Both the position numbers and the translations under genes were made by a program. Shown here one piece after another: positions 26,999 through 32,121 of a stretch of DNA of 32,121 nucleotides. Source of the DNA: a virus. Taxonomy: Duplodnaviria; Caudoviricetes. Position 1 is the first letter of the stretch; every line of letters starts with the position of its first letter. The notes under the pieces were generated by a model. The model worked only from the letters and a program-made list of their open reading frames with translations. It made no database searches and was not told the origin of the DNA. Location: positions 1 to 32,121 of IMG/VR virus record IMGVR_UViG_3300020042_005194, one strand, 5' to 3'.

Positions 26999-27334
26999 TT
27001 ATTTTAAAATTTTATTAACTATCCCTTGAATACTTTCAGGGCTTTTTTTGTACGCTTCAATTATTGTAGTAATGTTTTGACACTCCCAAATAGGAACACT
27101 TGAAACCGCTTTTAAATAAGCATCATAAACATCATAAACAACACTTGTACTTTCTTCAACTGAATTAAAAAAAGCGTCATAATCTGGCTCGCATTTATAT
27201 AATTCTGGTAGTAATTGGTTTAATCTGTTTTTAAGAATACCTTTGTAAAATGGTGTAAACTTAATTTCGTAGTTAGCGTTTTTAGCTATTTCATTAACTA
27301 CGATTGCGTGAGTTATTTTGTCCGTTTGTGTCAT
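26999..27334 (-). CDS. Hypothetical protein (111 aa)
   Basis: TAATG overlap with upstream gene. Confidence 0.55.
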   Translation of the reverse strand: MTQTDKITHAIVVNEIAKNANYEIKFTPFYKGILKNRLNQLLPELYKCEPDYDAFFNSVEESTSVVYDVYDAYLKAVSSVPIWECQNITTIIEAYKKSPESIQGIVNKILK

Positions 27335-27744
27335 TATCTACCCTCTTTTAAGTAAGTTAAATAACTAAAAGCTTGTTCATAATCTTCAAAACAAAAAACA
27401 TTTACATCAGCTTCTTTTTCTTGGTCTGCATAATATTCAACAAATATACTGCTAAGTAATTTATTGCAATATTCTAAAGCGTGTTCATCATTAATAGTTA
27501 TTAAAAAAGTAGGTGCTTCCGTGTCTTGGTCGAAATCATCGCAAAAATCATCTTTAGAACTTGTTAAATTATAAGTATAATCTGGCTGGTACTCTCTCCA
27601 TATAATAACTACTTTACCATTTTTAATACTCAAGAAATTTTCAACTTGTTCTAATCCATTTTCTCTGAATTCTAAACCTGTTTGATATTCTAAAACAGAA
27701 ATATTACCGTTTTCGTGTTCGTCTGATATTGTTAATCTTAACAT
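27334..27744 (-). CDS. Acidic hypothetical protein (136 aa)
   Basis: ORF in early block, Asp/Glu-rich. Confidence 0.55.
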   Translation of the reverse strand: MLRLTISDEHENGNISVLEYQTGLEFRENGLEQVENFLSIKNGKVVIIWREYQPDYTYNLTSSKDDFCDDFDQDTEAPTFLITINDEHALEYCNKLLSSIFVEYYADQEKEADVNVFCFEDYEQAFSYLTYLKEGR

Positions 27745-27755
27745 AATATTTGTTT

Positions 27756-28037
27756 TTAAATTGTTACTTTTTTACTTTGGTTAGTTCCTAAATAGAAATC
27801 AGTTACAAAGGCATCTGTATTAGCTTGTTTCTTAATTTCTTTTAATTTCTCTTTTGCTTTTTCTTCAAACAGAATTAACGTATCAATTACTTGTTCTGTG
27901 CTTTGTCCATCAAATAAAGTATTTAACATTTGATGAACTTTTATTTCTTCTTCTGTTGGTTTTGTTTCGTTCCAAATATCTTTAATCTTTTGGAATATAC
28001 TTTTTGTCGGTGCTAAATCTGAAATATTATTTTTCAT
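27756..28037 (-). CDS. Hypothetical protein (93 aa)
   Basis: ORF in early block. Confidence 0.5.
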   Translation of the reverse strand: MKNNISDLAPTKSIFQKIKDIWNETKPTEEEIKVHQMLNTLFDGQSTEQVIDTLILFEEKAKEKLKEIKKQANTDAFVTDFYLGTNQSKKVTI

Positions 28038-28038
28038 T

Positions 28039-28221
28039 TTATAATTCTTTAATTAGTTTAAAAATTTCTTCTTCTGTTTGTTGACGGTCTTTAATTGCTT
28101 TCAAGTATTTTTCACAACTTACAAAGTCTAATAATTCTCTTTCAACCGCTTTTAATTCATCGCTTTTTTGTGATAATTGCTTTAATGCAGTAAAGTCAAT
28201 GTCGTTTACTTCTACGCTCAT
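28039..28221 (-). CDS. Hypothetical coiled-coil protein (60 aa)
   Basis: ORF in early block. Confidence 0.5.
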   Translation of the reverse strand: MSVEVNDIDFTALKQLSQKSDELKAVERELLDFVSCEKYLKAIKDRQQTEEEIFKLIKEL

Positions 28222-28232
28222 AATCTTAATAT

Positions 28233-28535
28233 TTAATAGTTAGTATAATTTTCTTCTAATTGGTTAAAAACTTCATTTGATAGGTTGGTTAGTACTTTGT
28301 TGTTTTCGTTTGTTACAGTTACGCTTTTTACTTCTATTTCAATATTATACTCAATAGCCTCCCAATGTTCTCTAAATTTATCTGGAACTTCATTTATTGA
28401 AAAATCATAACTAAAATTGCCAAATTCAAAATCTTTAATTATTCCGTATTGATTTGATTCATATTCTGGATTTTCAATTACATACATAATTTCTTTTTCA
28501 ATGCTATCTACTAATATTTTTACAGCTGCTTTCAT
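28233..28535 (-). CDS. Acidic hypothetical protein (100 aa)
   Basis: A-rich AAAATAACATT-ATG start context. Confidence 0.55.
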   Translation of the reverse strand: MKAAVKILVDSIEKEIMYVIENPEYESNQYGIIKDFEFGNFSYDFSINEVPDKFREHWEAIEYNIEIEVKSVTVTNENNKVLTNLSNEVFNQLEENYTNY

Positions 28536-28547
28536 AATGTTATTTTT

Positions 28548-28745
28548 TTAGTTGTTGTTTATAATTGGGTAATATTTTAAATGAAATTCTCTGCTATCTG
28601 CAATTACTAATGTTTTATCTTCATCATTATCATAGTAAAATATAACATAAGTTTGTCCACAAGTTTCAATACAATGTCCTTGAACATCGCTTTTTATAAC
28701 AGTTACTGTATCTGCTATGTATTTTACATCTCTATACTTTTTCAT
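28548..28745 (-). CDS. Hypothetical protein (65 aa)
   Basis: ORF in early block. Confidence 0.5.
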   Translation of the reverse strand: MKKYRDVKYIADTVTVIKSDVQGHCIETCGQTYVIFYYDNDEDKTLVIADSREFHLKYYPIINNN

Positions 28746-28977
28746 TTTTAAATAGTTCTAAAAATTTTAATAATTCACTGTTTTCAAAAACTTCTTGTTC
28801 TAATTCTTTGCATATTATTCGCAAGTCAAGTTTTTTAATCTTTATTTCATCTAATAGAGGTTTTAAATACGCCATTCTTTCATTTAGTCTATTATACCAA
28901 TATTGTAAATCATTTTCGCTAAAATGTTTATAATTATTAAGTATATTGTATCTTTCGTTTGAAGTAAGTTCTATCAT
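28732..28977 (-). CDS. Hypothetical protein (81 aa)
   Basis: ORF in early block. Confidence 0.5.
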   Translation of the reverse strand: MIELTSNERYNILNNYKHFSENDLQYWYNRLNERMAYLKPLLDEIKIKKLDLRIICKELEQEVFENSELLKFLELFKNEKV

Positions 28978-28999
28978 AACTATTTTTTTAAAGGGCTAA

Positions 29000-29176
29000 T
29001 TAAAGCCCTAATTGTTTTAATGTTTTGCCAGCATATAAATCACCTTGTATTGTTTCAACTTCTGGATTTTCTAATTTATAAATCATATCTTCTAAATCAT
29101 TCCAAAGGTTACCGTTTTTAAATCCGTTTAAAACTTCTTCGTTTTGAATTTCTCTTAATTTGATAATTGCTGTCAT
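29000..29176 (-). CDS. Small hypothetical protein (58 aa), first gene of early operon
   Basis: Not in ORF track; MTAIIKLREIQNEEVLNGFKNGNLWND...KQLGL; same AAAATAACATT-ATG context as 28535; ends in AGGGCT/AGCCCT hairpin. Confidence 0.6.
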   Translation of the reverse strand: MTAIIKLREIQNEEVLNGFKNGNLWNDLEDMIYKLENPEVETIQGDLYAGKTLKQLGL

Positions 29177-29218
29177 AATGTTATTTTTTAAATGTAAGTT
29201 TGTTTCTTATTTCTTTAG

Positions 29219-29261
29219 CAAATATACAAAACTTATTTCGTACTACAAAATATATTTCGTA
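29219..29261 (-). promoter_or_regulatory. Consensus Bacteroidota early promoter overlapped by two 18-bp operator-like sites
   Basis: TTTG-N19-TATATTTG (29249-29219); TACAAAA-N4-TTTCGTA at 29225-29242 and 29244-29261. Confidence 0.75.
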
Positions 29262-29270
29262 ATTATTTAT

Positions 29271-29309
29271 AAAAAAAATGCGAGTACCTTATTTTGTTGA
29301 TACTCGCAA
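29271..29309 (-). terminator. Intrinsic terminator after spanin-like gene
   Basis: TGCGAGTA...TACTCGCA stem followed by T8 on minus strand. Confidence 0.75.
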
Positions 29310-29322
29310 ATTGAAATAAATT

Positions 29323-29730
29323 CTAAATTGACAACCTTTTTTTAATAAAACCAACTATTATAAACAAAACTACTATAATTATAATAAGCCAAAATAGCTT
29401 ATTTGCGATGCTTTCAATAATAACGCTATAATCTTTGTCTTTAGTTTTAACATCTTGCTTTAAATCGGTCTTAATTCTTGTTGTATCTCTATACTTAATC
29501 GTTTCTTTTGAGTTGTTATAGATAACACGTGTATTATAATGTTCTTTGCCGCCGATTAAAATAGGCTTTTCTAAATTAACTGGTTCTAAAGTGAAACCGT
29601 TTGAAAATTTAGTAGCGTCAAAATTTACACTCGAACTACTATCTGTTTTTAGTTCCGTTTCTGTGTTAGTCTTTTTTAAGTTTGCACAACTTATAAAGAA
29701 TAAAGGTATTATTAATATTACTTTCTTCAT
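29323..29730 (-). CDS. Putative unimolecular spanin (lipoprotein with C-terminal TM)
   Basis: MKKVILIIPLFFIS-C lipobox-like signal plus C-terminal LFWLIIIIVVLFIIVGFI-KKR. Confidence 0.65.
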   Translation of the reverse strand: MKKVILIIPLFFISCANLKKTNTETELKTDSSSSVNFDATKFSNGFTLEPVNLEKPILIGGKEHYNTRVIYNNSKETIKYRDTTRIKTDLKQDVKTKDKDYSVIIESIANKLFWLIIIIVVLFIIVGFIKKRLSI

Positions 29731-29795
29731 TTGTATTTGTTTTTAAAATTAGGATTTAATTTTCATAACTCGGAACTAAGCCAAGCGATGGAATG

Positions 29796-29918
29796 TTACT
29801 TACCATATTTAAGTTTTAAAATGTTTCTTAATACTTTGTTTACAGATTCTTTATTTACACCACGCTCGTAATTAAAACGTTGTATTCTATTTATTCTTTG
29901 TAGTGGTGAAAGTTTCAT
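29796..29918 (-). CDS. Small basic hypothetical protein (40 aa)
   Basis: Not in ORF track; MKLSPLQRINRIQRFNYERGVNKESVNKVLRNILKLKYGK; TAATG overlap with exonuclease stop. Confidence 0.5.
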   Translation of the reverse strand: MKLSPLQRINRIQRFNYERGVNKESVNKVLRNILKLKYGK

Positions 29919-30823
29919 TATATAAATAAATTAGTTTTAAACTTTAAATAATTCATATAAGCAGAATTACTTATTTCATTTGTAGCGTTGCAATCTTTAC
30001 ACTCCATTAAACGTTTAATTGTACCTAAAGTAGTGACTATATTTTTAAGAAGTATAATATCTTCAGAACCGCAACAACTACAACTAAATTTTAAATTTCC
30101 ACCTAATACCCCAGCGTGTGTATTTGGCTTTATGTAGTTTTGCATTGTTTGAAATACATCTTTTAACACAATTATATCCCCCTCGCAATAAACAACCATT
30201 TCTTGCATAGCTTCTTTAGAGCCGTTTAATACATCTTTCCACATATCAAAACCTCTATGTTTAACCTTTGCCCCAACTCCTAAAAATTGAGCAATATAAT
30301 CTAATTTATTTGAGTTAAAATTAAATCCGCTTTTTGCTTTTTTAAGTGTGTCTAAAGTTTTATAACTTGGAAACATTGGTACTCTATGAAATATACAACG
30401 TGTACGCAACCATTTCATGTCAAACCTATCTCCATTGTGTGCTATTATTTCATCCGAAGTATTAGCTACTTTTAAAAAGTCAATTAACATTTGTTTGTCG
30501 CATTGGTTTTTATCCCAAGTTAATGTATGAATTTTATCTTCATCCTCCCAATTATAAGATATACAAATTATACGTCTTTCTTCTATAATATCTTGTGGTT
30601 GTATTGATAAGTTGTAACCTGTTCTCCAAAAGTAACCAATATTCGGACTTGTTTCAATATCAAAAAATAATCTTCTTATTTGGTGAGTGTTTTCCCTTAA
30701 TTTAATAAGTTCTAATTCTTGTTTTTTAGATAGCCTATATCTGTTTTTTAAATTAAAACTTAATCCTAATTTTTGAACTTCTACGTTATTTAATCGATAA
30801 CGTCTTTCTTTGTTTGTTTTCAT
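29918..30823 (-). CDS. DnaQ/RNase H-like 3'-5' exonuclease with C-terminal zinc ribbon
   Basis: ExoI FFDIETS, ExoII HNGDRFD, ExoIII YCEGD; CSCC and CKDC. Confidence 0.85.
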   Translation of the reverse strand: MKTNKERRYRLNNVEVQKLGLSFNLKNRYRLSKKQELELIKLRENTHQIRRLFFDIETSPNIGYFWRTGYNLSIQPQDIIEERRIICISYNWEDEDKIHTLTWDKNQCDKQMLIDFLKVANTSDEIIAHNGDRFDMKWLRTRCIFHRVPMFPSYKTLDTLKKAKSGFNFNSNKLDYIAQFLGVGAKVKHRGFDMWKDVLNGSKEAMQEMVVYCEGDIIVLKDVFQTMQNYIKPNTHAGVLGGNLKFSCSCCGSEDIILLKNIVTTLGTIKRLMECKDCNATNEISNSAYMNYLKFKTNLFI

Positions 30824-30826
30824 AAA

Positions 30827-30961
30827 TTAATTTTTAGTTAGTTTTAGTTTTTCATAATACAATTTTTCTGCGTATTTCTTAACTTTAATTTCGTCCTCTT
30901 TGTCGAACGCTCGGAAATAATAGAGTTTCCCAGCGAGTTTTTTTCTTCCAGCCTTTGCCAT
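30827..30961 (-). CDS. Small basic hypothetical protein (44 aa)
   Basis: Not in ORF track; MAKAGRKKLAGKLYYFRAFDKEDEIKVKKYAEKLYYEKLKLTKN. Confidence 0.5.
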   Translation of the reverse strand: MAKAGRKKLAGKLYYFRAFDKEDEIKVKKYAEKLYYEKLKLTKN

Positions 30962-31026
30962 TTATATTTTATTTTACGCAAGTGTTAAATTTTTAACTTG
31001 CTGATTATTAATTAGTTTAAAAGTGT

Positions 31027-31055
31027 ATTGCGTATATATGCGAGTTATGCGTAAT
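31027..31055 (+). other. attI-like simple recombination site at array boundary
   Basis: ATTGCGTATAT-ATGCGAG-TTATGCGTAAT: 11-bp imperfect inverted arms around 7 bp, containing the GTTATGC core but no attC-like hairpin body. Confidence 0.5.
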
Positions 31056-31590
31056 GGCTACGATACTGCTCTAAATTGACAGACCCTTCTGCTTCATTGC
31101 CCCAAACGTCCCAACCCTGCTTTACGTCCCTTGCAAATAATTCTATTCTGTTTCCTGATGGATATATCGTGTCTATTAAGTCCGCGAAATACTTTGGTTT
31201 TTTTGAATGTTCGGTGCGTTCTATTGAAACAACACTATCAAACAATTTCTTTATTTCGGGTGTGCAACTTCCTTTAGTGCATATCAATAAAAGCTCGTGC
31301 CTTACAGAGTTATAATGCCCCATATTGTGTTTTATTTTATCCCAAACAAAACTACTTTTATATTTGAAACCCCACGATTTTATAACAGCAAATGTTTCTT
31401 CAAGTAATGGGCTTGTAGTCCAAATAAATAAAACAGCGTTATCTTCTGTAAGGCACTTTACAGGTAAGTTGCAAAGTTCTTTTATTGTCATTGTTTGATA
31501 GTGTTTTACTGCACCTCCAAGTTTAGGTGTATTTTGCTTGTCGTTATATTTCCAAGCAGGGTCTGCATAAATTATTTTGTATTTCTTCAT
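31045..31590 (-). CDS. MT-A70 family adenine methyltransferase
   Basis: YADPAW, LFIWTT, WGFKYK, HSKKP, IELFAR, GWDVWGNE; likely start ATG 31590; stop TAA lies inside the GCATAAC core. Confidence 0.9.
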   Translation of the reverse strand: MKKYKIIYADPAWKYNDKQNTPKLGGAVKHYQTMTIKELCNLPVKCLTEDNAVLFIWTTSPLLEETFAVIKSWGFKYKSSFVWDKIKHNMGHYNSVRHELLLICTKGSCTPEIKKLFDSVVSIERTEHSKKPKYFADLIDTIYPSGNRIELFARDVKQGWDVWGNEAEGSVNLEQYRSHYA

Positions 31591-31718
31591 TCTAATTAAA
31601 TTTATCGTTAATAAACCGCCACTACGCATAACAGCGGTTTTGTGCTATTTGCCCCATCAACATTTGTTGTAAATTGAAGCCTTGTGCAAGGGGCAAACAG
31701 ACACAAAGCCACAGGACG
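31045..31718. mobile_element. Putative gene cassette 1 (MT-A70 methyltransferase plus attC-like site)
   Basis: Bounded by GTTATGCGTAATGGC (31044-31058) and GCCACTACGCATAAC (31618-31632), 14/15 inverted match. Confidence 0.65.
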
Positions 31719-31726
31719 TTATGCGT
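31624..31726. repeat. attC-like imperfect palindrome
   Basis: ACGCATAAC-AGC-GGTTTTGTG-CTATTTGCCCC...GGGGCAAACAG-A-CACAAAGCC-ACAGGAC-GTTATGCGT. Confidence 0.75.
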
Positions 31727-32049
31727 CAGCTTACAAGAGCATCCCAATAACTAACGTGTTTATTAATGACAGAACCGCCACCGCAACAATTTACGTTGTG
31801 AATTTGACAGCCATTAGGTTTTAATTGTTCATCGCAAACGGTTTTAACAACGAAAACTTTGTCATCATCAAACCATTCTTTTTGACAAACATTGTGAGTG
31901 CCACCCGAAAAATCCCCTTCAAGTTCAACTTGTTTTTCTCTAATTCCAACAACTTTAAAAGGTTCGTGTCCGTAATAAACACATTCAATATAAACAGGAT
32001 ACATATTCAAAACTTTGTATCCTTTAATTGCTACTTTTTTGTAATTCAT
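31726..32049 (-). CDS. Hypothetical Cys-rich protein (107 aa), cassette cargo
   Basis: VELEGDFSGGTHNV; stop TGA abuts CGCATAAC core. Confidence 0.65.
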   Translation of the reverse strand: MNYKKVAIKGYKVLNMYPVYIECVYYGHEPFKVVGIREKQVELEGDFSGGTHNVCQKEWFDDDKVFVVKTVCDEQLKPNGCQIHNVNCCGGGSVINKHVSYWDALVS

Positions 32050-32086
32050 TTTATTTATTTTTTAAGTTTAATATTAATAAAAGCCG

Positions 32087-32121
32087 ACGCATAACAAGGG
32101 TTTTACACAAGGTGGGAAGAC
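32087..32121. repeat. Second attC-like site, left arm only
   Basis: ACGCATAAC-AAG-GGTTTT parallels ACGCATAAC-AGC-GGTTTT of the first site. Confidence 0.6.

Larger units (their letters stand above)
31719..32121. mobile_element. Putative gene cassette 2 (truncated by window end)
   Basis: Bounded by GTTATGCGTCAGCTT (31718-31732) and AAGCCGACGCATAAC (32081-32095), 14/15 inverted match. Confidence 0.6.

Noticed and set aside
31624-31726. Reading the palindrome as a simple terminator, REP or MITE
   Set aside because: No U-tract or target duplication, and it would not explain the cassette-specific 15-bp end complementarity
221-32094. All plus-strand ORFs in the track
   Set aside because: Each lies opposite a well-supported minus-strand gene and has no recognisable motifs

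Overview
AT-rich, gene-dense segment of a tailed dsDNA phage (or prophage) with every credible gene on the minus strand. TAnnTTTG-type promoters, SD-less A-rich translation starts, DUF3127 and a BACON-like domain point to a Bacteroidota (Flavobacterium-like) host. In transcription order (right to left): two small genes in attC-like cassettes (a hypothetical and an MT-A70 methyltransferase), a DnaQ/RNase H-like exonuclease and a u-spanin-like lipoprotein; an early block of small ORFs; recombination/replication genes (YqaJ exonuclease, DUF3127, primase-helicase, iteron-like origin, SF2 helicase, VRR-NUC, adenine methylase); an ECF-like sigma factor; terminase; tail genes; protease, capsid, tail tube, portal; tail fibres; membrane proteins and a truncated M15 endolysin. 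The best candidate for an undescribed system is an integron-like cassette array without an integrase in view at 31027-32121, where each cassette has its own matched 15-bp inverted ends. Also notable: two promoter-proximal kissing-loop/terminator RNA leaders, three exactly spaced late-promoter motifs, an 18-bp operator family and a dual-coding -1 frameshift locus. Protein family calls come from motif recognition by eye, not database searches.
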